Assembly (NCBI GenBank): GCA_052327205.1
Contig: CM126212.1
Location: 7,874,001 to 7,938,000, forward strand
Source: Somniosus microcephalus
Taxonomy: Eukaryota
DNA: 64,000 nucleotides
Direction of reading: 5' to 3'
In this document: one piece after another, positions 41,355 to 51,372 of the stretch
Layout: each line of letters starts with the position of its first letter
Position numbering within the stretch: position 1 is the first letter of the stretch
Notes under the pieces: generated by a model
What the model saw: the letters and a program-made list of their open reading frames with translations, nothing else
Databases searched by the model: none
What the model was told of the DNA's origin: nothing
Program-made: the position numbers and the translations under genes

Positions 41355-42180
41355 ATGCAGGGAGGAGGTCCAGCATCTCTTGAAGTGGTACACCGATAAC
41401 AACCTGGCCCTCAACATCAAGAAAACCAAAGAAATCATTGTGGACTTCAGGAAGTCTGAAGGCGGAAGTCACACCCCCATCCACATCCATGGGGCTGTGG
41501 TGGAAAGGGTGGACAGCTTTAAGTTCCTCGGCGTCCACATCACGGAAGTCCTCTCCTGGTCCCTCAATACCTTCTCTCTGGTGAAGAAGGCCCAGCAGCG
41601 CCTATATTTCCTAAGGAGGCTGAAGGGATGTAACCTGTCACCCCTGATCCTCTCTAACTTTTACCGCTGCACTATAGAGAGCATCCTGACAAACTGTATC
41701 ACAGTATGGTATGGCAGCTGTAGCTCCGATGACCAGAAAGCCCTGCAGCGGGTAGTCAAAACTGCCCAACGCATTACCGGCACCCGGCTACCGACCATAG
41801 AGCACATATACCAGAAACGCTGTTTACGGAGGTCACAGTCCATCATCAAAGACCCTACCCACCCCAGCCACAGTCTGTTCGCCCTCCTGCCATCTGGGAG
41901 ACGCTACAGATGCATTCGCACCCGAATGACCAGATTTAGGAACAGCTTCTTTCCCAGGGCTGTCATCCGACTGAACTCCACAAATAAACGCTAAAGCCTG
42001 CACATCTGCCAATGCACTTTATTAAGGTTATGTTTATGTTAATGTATTACAAGCCAAATGTATGTTGAATGTTTAAATGTCTTAATCTAAATGTACACTC
42101 TCTGGAGCCGCAAGCCTACATTTCGTTGTACTGCACTTGTGCACTAACAATGACAATAAAAGTTGATTTGATTTGATTTG
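41355..42180 (+). mobile_element. Rex1/Babar-clade LINE, 5'-truncated
   Basis: Uninterrupted ORF end NNLALNIKKTKEIIVDFRK...FKFLGVHI...KKAQQRLYFLRRLK...FYRCTIESILT...RFRNSFFPRA; tail AATAAAAG(TTGAT)n. Confidence 0.9.
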
Positions 42181-42282
42181 GGAGGATGAGAGAGAACTTG
42201 GTTTTTAAACTAGTACAAAGTAATTGGACAAAAGTTTCTTCAATTAATTTTTAACTGTCTCTTTCAGGTTGTGGTCTGAAAC

Positions 42283-42471
42283 ATGGCTGAAAGGAGGCCT
42301 GGCGAGCCATGTGACCAAGCATACGAACAGGCCTGGCAGCAGAAGTGTAAGCTGGCGCATAATTGCAAGGAAGGGCTGGGTGTAACCAGCCACACTGACT
42401 GTCCTACTGCATCAGTCGAGGCTATTAGACTTCAGGAATTACTGTACAGAATCTTATGCCTCATACGGCTG
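42283..42471 (+). CDS. HELZ-like helicase with zinc finger, first coding exon (exon begins 42268)
   Basis: Acceptor TCTCTTTCAG|G, ATG in AACATGG, donor CTG|GTAAAT; MAERRPGEPCDQA...VEAIRLQELLYRILCLIRL aligns to recalled human HELZ MEDRRAEKSCEQA...IERIKIESLLYRIASFLQL. Confidence 0.85.
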
Positions 42472-45407
42472 GTAAATACTTGATTTTAACCACAATATTT
42501 ATATCTTGATTCAAAAGGTTTTCTGCCATTTAAAAATGTCAGTCTTGTTTTTCAAGGAGTGATTTCTCATTGGTGCACCATGGGCTGTCCAGGGTCAAAC
42601 AGAACATCTGATTCAATTATTTTTTTCCCATTTGCTTTTTGTAAAAAAAAAAGTATAAATGAGATTCAAAAGAACAAAAAAAATCATGTCCATAAAATTT
42701 CACACTTTAAAAAAAAATCTTTAATGGGTTTTCCGCTCCCCGCTTGCATAGTATTCCTTCCATGGTTTGAGTTAGTCCAGCCACAAAGTACAAGCCATTT
42801 GCTGAATCAGAGTGATCCAATGTTGCAATCAAAGAAGTAGAAAGATAATACAGTTGTAACTTGGGTGCTGTGCGGAAGTCGTTCCCAAATGGCTTTGCAG
42901 TTACAGGTTTAAATCTTCATGTAAATTCAGCACTGAGTCATGGGCGGGATTAGAATGCATTTATGTGGTGAGGCACTGCATTGGCAACCTGGAAATGGTG
43001 AGTGGGTGGGGAGTGGAGAAATACTTGGGTTTAATGCCTTTATCGCAGTTTGTGAATAATGCCTGCTTTCACGTATGCTCTGATTTAACCTATCGAAAGC
43101 AACAGGAATCGTAAATGTCAACACGACTGATTACTTAAAATGGGAATAAAGTTCAGAACCGCAATTACAATTTGGACTTCTTCCTAATGGCTTTCTTGCA
43201 TTTGGATTCGATTCCTGTTTCCATGAGTAACCAAAGCATGTTTATTATTACCACGTATGGGCTAATACAGCCCAGGTTTAACAATTGCACCTGACTCGTG
43301 ATGAATTGCTTACCCGGAGAATGTGTGAGCTGGCCATCACATTTTGCTGTCACCTCAAAAGATAAAGAATGCGATATCAGCAGACGACTGCACACAGCAA
43401 ACACTTTTGTCAAGATTTATTTACAAATAAAAACAACAAATCGGCATGATACTTTTCAATGCAATACGTAATGGTGAATTAGAACCAGTTAATATACCCT
43501 ATTCCAGAAAACTGCTTCTTGTAGTCTCTTTGTAGGCAACACCTCCTGTGTATGAAACAACTTAGTTTTCTGTCTCCTATTTCCTTTGGGATGAGATTTT
43601 GCAAATGGAATGCGTGAGCTTCAAATGCTCATGTAGCTTGCGGGTGTTTCAGGCAGGATTGAAGAACATTGAAAGCTAAATATATATTGTACCCTTTCTG
43701 TGGTTTAAATACAAGGCAACAGACACTGGCGAATAAAGGCGCAGTACATGAGAATGGTAACATGGAAAGTTGAATGCAGACTGGATCACAAGTACCTGGT
43801 AAAGCCTGACCATCAGCTTGCTCCGAGTCTGAAGCCAAGCAAGCACCTTTCACTTCACTAAATTCCAGACACTTAAACATTGGACAGTAAACTGAAAGTT
43901 ACACTTAAGACTGCATTTGTTAGCTATCAGAGCCCTTGTCTCAATTGATTTTTGAGTAGCGGGCATTGTTTAATTACATGCAGACTATCAGTCTCCTGTC
44001 TTCAGAACCTTAGTGAAGAGAGAGCAGCCTCCATATTAAACTCTGGATTATGTTTTTAAAAAAATGAAATAAAGACAAATTCCCATTGTGACACATTTTC
44101 AAACCGAGGCAGTGAATATACCAATTGAGACTGAATTATCAAATGAAGTGCTTGATTTGCATCCACCATTTTGAAAAGCTGATGTTTCAATTGGTGGATA
44201 TGTATTTAGTCTATTCCATTCTGTTGAAACATGCATTTCAGTGACCCAAACCCATAGTGATTTACATGTTTATATTACTACGTGTAAATGAACACGCCCT
44301 AGTTTACATCAAGGTGCTGAGGAAGCTGTGCCAGTCTCACAGCATTTCTGTTTGTAGCTGCAGAAGGTGGAATAGATTTATATGCTAAAATTGTGCTGAT
44401 CGCAGATAGTTGTAGGAGAGCTCGTGAAGATACTGGCTTACTTGTTACGAATTGGACTTTTATTGTGGGTTGTGCAGATTGACTATATAACATACAGGAA
44501 CTGCATGTAAGCTCATTTTAGACGGTGTGATCAAATTCATTTTCCTTTTTTTTAAATTTTGTTTAATAAATTTGATTTGCAAAAATATCATTTTTTGTCA
44601 CATTTATTTGTGCTTGTCATTCTCTGTTTTGAGATTCATTTCATCTTTTGAGAGTTTATGCACTTCACACGAGGCCAGGTTTTTACAATATTTTGTATAG
44701 TTTGCTAAACGTTTATTTCATGGTGCGGTTAATCGCGACCACCTCAATGGTAATCTGCAGAAATGCTTTTCAGGAAAATAATCCTGTTCACTGCAAGCTA
44801 AGAAACTTTTAGCTTCTGTCGACCAGACGCCCTTTCCGATGGCTTCTCCTTCTGTAGCTACTTTATTTTATTTAATGCCTCTTGTGTGTTTTTCATTTTC
44901 TGTAAGATCTACTTTGTCGCTCCCTCCTCCCTGAAGTGATGCTGTGCTCTGCTGCATAAGGGGAGCTTGGTGTCTGTTCTTTGCCAAACCATTTTTTGGA
45001 CCCAGTGACTCGCTGAACGATGAGAACGCTTTGTCGTCTGACTTGGCTGCGGATGAATATTTTGAGTTATTTTTCATGCTTCCACCCAGGGAATGATCTA
45101 GTTCCCATTCCCCCAGGTTGTTCCAGTGAGTCATTGTGGGGGAAGAACTCGACTCCCCAACCTTGGAAGCCGGAAACTTCATTCTGTTCATCCGTTCTTG
45201 GGTTTCCTGGAATCCTAGAAATTGGAGCACACAAGGCGGCCATTCAGCCTGTCGCCCCTGTGCCATTGCTTGCCCTTCAGCGGCAGCTGTCCCTTCCAAT
45301 CCAATTTGTCTTCCCTTTCCTTGTATCCTTTTATATTTTCTCTAAATATTTATCCAGTTTCCTTTTTAAATTACGTATTTGCCACTGTCTCGATGTGGGA
45401 TGCTTAG

Positions 45408-45664
45408 TGTTAAGTATGTGTATTGTATTGAACAATTAACACAAAGACTTAAACGTATAACTCAAACAGGTCTTTACTGGTTGGAGGTAGGGACTGCACG
45501 TAGGTCTTTACTTCATGCCCACAGGCGGGAACTGAGGGGAGATCAGTACCCACCGTACTATTTATACCCCTATGGCCAGGAATGGTACTGCGTATCACTA
45601 CGCCCTACAAGTAGTGCAGTCCTGTCCATAGGTTCAAAGTAGCACACATATTACATACACAACA
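45408..45664 (-). repeat. 3' LTR (257 bp)
   Basis: TGTTAAGT...ACACAACA; differs from the other LTR by 3 substitutions and one 5-bp indel by eye. Confidence 0.95.
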
Positions 45665-45677
45665 TTCCTCCCTTCTT
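45665..45677 (-). other. Polypurine tract AAGAAGGGAGGAA
   Basis: All-purine run immediately upstream of the 3' LTR on the element strand. Confidence 0.9.
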
Positions 45678-45980
45678 AGCTTTACAGTCATCTCCCCATT
45701 TAACATAACGTAATAACATATATACATATATAACTTCAGGTTTACATAACAGAATAACATAGATACATAGATAACTTCATGTCAAAACAGATCACAGATT
45801 CAGTCTCTGCGGAAAACAGTTCACAGATTCAATCTCTGTGGTGTAGTCGGTTCACGTTGCTGGAGTGACTCATTCAATAGTCCTTCCATGGATTTAACAG
45901 TTTGAACTTCCGAACTGAATTGGCTCCGTTCGGAGGGACCACGTGTGTGATCTGGTAGAGGTAATAATGGTTCAGATGGG

Positions 45981-47327
45981 TCATCTTCTGTTTCGACTTT
46001 TCCTTTTCTGCTTCTTGGAGACTCTCTGGGCTCCACTGTCAGCTGCCAGCTGCATGCGCAGTTCCTCCTTCTCTTCCTCCTTTTTCTGTAGTAGAGCCAC
46101 CTTCTCCCGATGTTCCGTAGACTTTCGGTGCTCCTCCATGATTTCTGTATGGTGGGAGTCGAAGTTACAAGTTGGGCAGGACAGGACATAGTAATATTCG
46201 GTGTCGTCCTGATCTAGGCCAGCGAGAGGGTCTTCTATTTCCTCCATACCCAGCTGGGCGTTAGCCAGCTTTTGTTCCAAGTCCAGACATCTTTCCTGAA
46301 GAGACTTCTTCATGCGTACCTCTTCATCCAGCTTTTTCTGGGCTTTCAGCAAGTCGTTTACTAATGACCTCATTTGAGATTTTACTACTTCAACTTCTTT
46401 TGGAGATTGATTGATCGGACTATTCAATCCCTCTACCGGAGCAGCTGTTTCAGCGGTCTGTTGTTCTACGTTGACGTGAGTCAGCGTACTTTTGGCATCC
46501 AAGGGCTGCTCTGTTGCAGTCATCTCAGTCTGTGTTGCCACCTCAGCTCTTCCAATAACCTTTGAGAGCTCCGAACCCCTTTCGTTTGAATATTGAAGTT
46601 CGTGTTCAAGTTTTTCCCATTTCAGAGTCCTGTCCTTCAGCATATGCAGGAGTTGGCTGACCGTTAACTCCTCTGACATCAGACGTTTTGTGTGCTCCTG
46701 CTCCATTTTCTCCATCAGCTGCTTCTGTTGTCTTTCCAGATTCTCCAACTCTATATCAAAGAACTCTTTCGTTGCATTCAACTCTTGCTCAAAACGGCGA
46801 AGCATTTGTTCTAATTGCTGTTGTAGTTTGAAATGGAGTTGAGTTCGAGCCCGGTGTCCCTCAGAAATGGGCACATCAGTAGACTTGCCAGACTCAGAAT
46901 CCACAGTTAAACTATGTTGTTGTTGCTCAGTGGAATTCTGTGCTGAAACTTTGTCTTTTGCACCTGAGTTGGGCTTACCATCATCCGTTCCAGAGTCTGG
47001 GCCGACTATCTTCACCGAGTTCTCACTCGTTATTGTTTGTAGGAAATGCCAGTCCATATTCATTTTCCTAATCCACTCCCGTCCTAGTAGTGGAGGACCT
47101 CCTTCAGATATCACATATAAGTCCATTATTTGACTGTCTTCGCCCTTGTGGACCACTGCAACCTCTATTTTCCCGATGGGGTACACTCTTTGCCCCGTGT
47201 ATGTTTTCAATATAATCCCCGTATCCTGTAGGGGAATATGTTGGAATAACTTTCCGTAATCTTTTTTATTTATGACCGTCAATGCCGATCCAGTGTCCAA
47301 TTCCAGTTTTACTTGGACTCCTTCTAT
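45981..47327 (-). CDS. Retropepsin-like protease fused to STK10/SLK-like coiled coil, optineurin-like coiled coil, matrin-type C2H2 finger and basic tail
   Basis: Open frame [19 protein letters not shown]...[11 protein letters not shown], then [41 protein letters not shown]...EVATQTE...[13 protein letters not shown]-x12-H-x5-[12 protein letters not shown]. Confidence 0.85.
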   Translation of the reverse strand: MEGVQVKLELDTGSALTVINKKDYGKLFQHIPLQDTGIILKTYTGQRVYPIGKIEVAVVHKGEDSQIMDLYVISEGGPPLLGREWIRKMNMDWHFLQTITSENSVKIVGPDSGTDDGKPNSGAKDKVSAQNSTEQQQHSLTVDSESGKSTDVPISEGHRARTQLHFKLQQQLEQMLRRFEQELNATKEFFDIELENLERQQKQLMEKMEQEHTKRLMSEELTVSQLLHMLKDRTLKWEKLEHELQYSNERGSELSKVIGRAEVATQTEMTATEQPLDAKSTLTHVNVEQQTAETAAPVEGLNSPINQSPKEVEVVKSQMRSLVNDLLKAQKKLDEEVRMKKSLQERCLDLEQKLANAQLGMEEIEDPLAGLDQDDTEYYYVLSCPTCNFDSHHTEIMEEHRKSTEHREKVALLQKKEEEKEELRMQLAADSGAQRVSKKQKRKSRNRR

Positions 47328-48197
47328 CTAAAGAGTGACCCAAATTGTCTGGAGGTCTGCACCCTTACCAGCGTTGAGTACTCTTAAGCTAGCCAGTTCA
47401 TTACAGCTTAAGCTAGCCAGTTCATTACTGCTAGCGTCTGAATCGGACTCCTGTTCGGCCACCTTGTGTACCTTTGCGTATTTTCCTTGCGGTGACTTCT
47501 TGTTGCTGGTCTTCTTCCCTGACCTGCAGACTCTAGCTATGTGTCCAAGCCTACCACAAGTTCTACATTCTTGGTTTTTAAACCAACACTGGTTCTGATC
47601 ATGCGTTGTCTTTCCACAACGATAACATTTGCCAGAACTCTCACCCAATTTGTGTGCACTGAGCTCCGGTGACCGTAGCTGCATTACTGCCGTGCCTCTC
47701 GCTGCGGCTTCGTGTGCTGCCGCCATAGTGACCGCCTTCTCAAGCGTCAGCTCATTCTCCTCGAGCAGTCGCTTTTGTGTATCCTGTTTAAATAAACCAC
47801 ACACAAATTTGTCTCGTAGTGCATCTGTCAGTCCCGTTCCAAACTGGCAATATTTCGCTAATTTACGCAATTCCAGCAAATATTCAGCATTGCTTTCATG
47901 CTGCAGCTGCCTTCTGTCGTAAAATTTAAATCGTTCCGCTAGCATCAGCGGCGTGGGGTTTAGATGATCTTTCAGGACAGTAACAATCTCATCGAACGTC
48001 TTATCCGCCGGTTCATCTGGTGATAACGGGTGTTTCAATTGCCCGTATGTCTTCGCACCCATTAAATTTAATAATGTTACAGCTTTATCTTGGTCACGAA
48101 TTTTATTGGCCTTACAAAAATTTATTACTCTTTCAACATATATGGCCCAATCTTCGAGGTCACTATCAAAGGTGCTAATATTCCCGTGTTTAGGCAT
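47328..48197 (-). CDS. Gypsy-type Gag (289 aa) with two zinc knuckles
   Basis: EDWAIYVER...LRDKFVCGL...LTLEKA capsid-like region; CYRCGKTTHDQNQC and CRTCGRLGHIARVC; same frame as the protease, separated by one TAG. Confidence 0.92.
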   Translation of the reverse strand: MPKHGNISTFDSDLEDWAIYVERVINFCKANKIRDQDKAVTLLNLMGAKTYGQLKHPLSPDEPADKTFDEIVTVLKDHLNPTPLMLAERFKFYDRRQLQHESNAEYLLELRKLAKYCQFGTGLTDALRDKFVCGLFKQDTQKRLLEENELTLEKAVTMAAAHEAAARGTAVMQLRSPELSAHKLGESSGKCYRCGKTTHDQNQCWFKNQECRTCGRLGHIARVCRSGKKTSNKKSPQGKYAKVHKVAEQESDSDASSNELASLSCNELASLRVLNAGKGADLQTIWVTL

Positions 48198-48781
48198 TGT
48201 CGATTTGCAATTTCTCAGATTTTATTTTCTTTACTTGTTAGCAAAGATGGCGGCTTCCCGCTCTTGCCGTCGTCCTCCGCCCACAAAATGGCGGTTTTCC
48301 CGCGCTTGGCGGTCTTCACCCGTCCCCCGACGCCGTCTCCCTTCAGCCCCCGAGTGCGGCCCTTATCTTCGCCGCGATCGCCCGAGTGCGGCCCTTATCA
48401 GCGGATGCGATCGCTGGATCGCGAAGTGGCTCCTGACCGAAGCGGCTCTCGGCCCTTATCTTCTGTGCGATCGATAGCCCGCGCTGTGCACCGCGGCTCT
48501 CGCACCTTGAGCTTCTGCAGCCGCCGCGCCTTTCAGTCCGAGTGCGGCCCTTTATCTTTGGTCCCGATCGCTGGCCCTGTCTTTGCAGCCAACGCTGCTC
48601 GGCTTACCCACGAGGTTATGGAGGCTTCAGGGTCCTAATGCCTGTCGCTTCCAGTCGCTGGAAGCTGTCAGGATTTCTCCTGCCCTTCAGTTTTGAGTGG
48701 GGTGTTGAGGATTGAAACCTCTCCAACGTCCTGTCTTTGGACGAAGCCGCCGTGGAATAACTGCCGCAGGGTTCGAACCGA

Positions 48782-48791
48782 CTCGTCGCCA
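48782..48791 (-). other. Primer-binding site TGGCGACGAG (tRNA-Ser(GCU)-type)
   Basis: 1 nt after the 5' LTR; complementary to the recalled 3' end CUCGUCG-CCA of vertebrate tRNA-Ser(GCU). Confidence 0.8.
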
Positions 48792-48792
48792 G

Positions 48793-49044
48793 TGTTAAGT
48801 ATGTGTATTGTATTGAACAATTAACACAAAGACTTAAACGTATAACTCAAACAGGTCTTTACTGGTTGGAGGTAGGGACTGCACGTAGGTCTTCATGCCC
48901 ACAGGCGGGAACTGAGGGGAGATCAGTACCCACAGTACTATTTATACCCCTATGGCCAGGAGTGGTACTGCATATCACTACGCCCTACAAGTAGTGCAGT
49001 CCTGTCCATAGGTTCAAAGTAGCACACATATTACATACACAACA
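48793..49044 (-). repeat. 5' LTR (252 bp) with TATA box and AGTAAA poly(A)-like signal
   Basis: Direct repeat of 45408-45664; TATAAATA on the minus strand at 48939-48946. Confidence 0.95.
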
Positions 49045-49599
49045 CTTAGGGATAAAGAATTCAAATTAAGAATTTTTTTCACCGGTTTTCTTAACTTCTC
49101 TGTTCATTCTCCCAGTAATAATTCTGACTGGATGCCCCCCTTTTGCCTTCATTAAAGCCACTGTCGTGTTGCAGCAAAATAGATAATGTGAGCCCCATTT
49201 CAAACTCTTTGAAATGGCAAGCAGGCAACTTGCTCTGAGCCCAGACAATTCTGATCTCTAGTTAGCTACAAAGTGATGCACAAGCGTGACCCTGGAGGAA
49301 CACTTTGTGCACTTCTGCTGACATGAGGTACTTGCTTTGTGAGTAACCATAAACTCTGACTTCCGTCCTTTCACTGTGCCATCGCATGTTGGTACCTCCG
49401 TGCCCTGTACATTTACTGTGGCTTAGCTGGAAGAGTAATATTTGTAAAAGATTTAATAGATCCATTCCCTGTGGTGTTTCTGCAAAATCATGTTGAAGCA
49501 CATTACATTTCTTTGCGAGTTCATAGTTAGATTTTTGAAACACAATTGGAGCAAGAAAGACTTGAATTAAAACAGTGTCTTCTGTTTCTTAAACCCCCT

Positions 49600-49950
49600 A
49601 AAGTGACCCTGATGCAATGAGCTACTTTTTAAAGTGGAGTCATTGTTGTGCAGGTGAACGCAGCAATCATTTTGCACACCACAAGGTCCCTCATGAGATG
49701 AATGGCCAGTTAAATTTTTTTGTCCAAGTGGACACACAGAACTCTTGACTCTTCTTTGATAGTGCCAGGGAATCTTTAACATCAATGTGAACCAGCAGAC
49801 AGGATCTTGGTTTAGTGTCCTGCATGAAGGGCGCCCCATTCAGCAATGCAGCACTCACTCAGTACTGCACTGGAGTGTCAAGTAAATTGTGCTTGAACCC
49901 ACAACTTTCTGATTGAAGAGGTAAGATTGCTGCTATCTGAGCAAAACTTG
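49600..49950 (-). mobile_element. Decayed DeuSINE
   Basis: Similar to 31800-32140 in the same orientation. Confidence 0.6.
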
Positions 49951-51224
49951 TGCATATACTACTGTGTATGTATGATTTTTAAGTATGGTTATACATATCT
50001 CTATCCTCTTGAGCGTTTGAAAGCAAGATAATTCTTGTGTATTAGCTTCCCAATGTATAGACTTTAAAAAAGAAACTCTGTCTGTTGCAAGTGTTTAGTT
50101 TGAGCCCGGTGCCGCACCTCTGGACACATGACCTTTGGCTTTAGGCGGTGCCATTGAGTCTTGCTGAACCGATGACTGTGAAGATTAGTCTCGAGTGTCC
50201 TGAGATTACTTGTTCCTTGCTCGTTGTTGATGCAAAAGGGAGACTGATTCTCTGACCGTCATGGCCGAGCAACGTAGGAACCTGGAAGGTACATATCGAC
50301 ACAGTCTTGAGGTTCTGGCAATGTTATTCAAACCTCTCAATCGTATAACCAGCTAATATCTTGGATCCCTCAGTTTATGTAGTTGAAATGCAGATAGTGT
50401 GCAATATTGTATATTATGTTTTCTTGCATTCTGCTTGTATTAAACAGAGTGCTATTTTACTAGTTGTGTAATGCAATATACATTCAAACAGTTGCTGTCA
50501 ATTGTTCAAAAAGGTTATGCCTCCCCTGCATGGGTCAAGACACCTGCTGTTTTGTGATTTTGGGAAAGGTACAAGCATATTTTTCTTGGGTTTAAAAAAA
50601 AAAACCCCAATAGGCTGTATATAGTTGCCTGACACTGATTCTGTCTTGAAGTTGCTAAACTGCTTGAGTTTCACTCTTGTGGTTTGATCTAGATATTGCT
50701 CAGTTGAATTGTGATCTTTATAGCTCCCTCTCAACCATCTGTTGTGTGTCGTATTATTTCAATACCCACAGCTTGTTATTTAAAGATTTTGTATTTTCTG
50801 GGGAGTCCACAAATTTAATTTCCTGTGAAGTAATTTAAATATTGCAGCATAATTTGAGCTGCAGTTGGATTAAGGGAACTGCACACTCCCTATAATGATT
50901 GGCAGAACAGAATGGCTGGAAGTTGTTGGCTGTTGCTGCCTCTGAAAAGTAACTTTTTTAACATTTTCAGTTTTGTTTAGTGTAAAAGAAACCTCCTTGC
51001 TGCACAGTTCTCTAGAAAGAGGAAGAAGGAAAATTTGAGGGACCCTGTTTTCCTGCTCTTGGGAGCAGGTACCTGCTCACATTTTCCTCCAGGAATCGGT
51101 CTCTGGTGTGAGTGGATTTTTTTTTTTTTATATAAGGGTTTAACCAAAGTGTCTTTGTTTAATGACTGTTGCAGAGACCAACTTTGTATGAAATGAGATT
51201 TAAAAAAAAACAGAACTGAAGGTG

Positions 51225-51372
51225 ATACAAAAACAGAAAATGCTGGAGATACTAAGCAGGTCAGGCAGTATCTGTGGAGATTCTCTTCACAGATGCTACC
51301 TGACCTGCTGAGTATCTCCAGCGTTTTCTGTTTTTATTTCAGATTTCCAGCATCTGCAGTATTTTCTTTCTG
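51225..51372. mobile_element. Short palindromic insertion with 14-bp TSD, probably derived from Penelope-like element termini
   Basis: ~52-bp imperfect inverted arms (AAAAACAGAAAATGCTGGAGATACT...TCTGTGGAGA / TCTTCACAGATGC...CAGCGTTTTCTGTTTTT); CAGAACTGAAGGTG at 51211-51224 and 51373-51386. Confidence 0.7.

Larger units (their letters stand above)
45408..49044 (-). mobile_element. Non-autonomous Ty3/Gypsy-type LTR retrotransposon with gag-protease fused to host-like cargo
   Basis: Two TG...CA LTRs, TSD CTTAG (45403-45407, 49045-49049), PBS, PPT, gag with two CCHC knuckles, DTG protease; no RT, RNase H or integrase core. Confidence 0.95.

Noticed and set aside
44868-45439. 143-aa and 139-aa ORFs beside the LTR element
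   Set aside because: Outside the TSD, no recognisable domain or splice support
45981-47030. Cargo as an env gene or chromodomain
   Set aside because: No signal peptide, transmembrane helix, furin/fusion-peptide arrangement or chromodomain motif; it is hydrophilic coiled coil
48090-48638. 182-aa and 123-aa plus-strand ORFs in the LTR element leader
   Set aside because: Antisense to the element and built from GC-rich repeats; likely incidental
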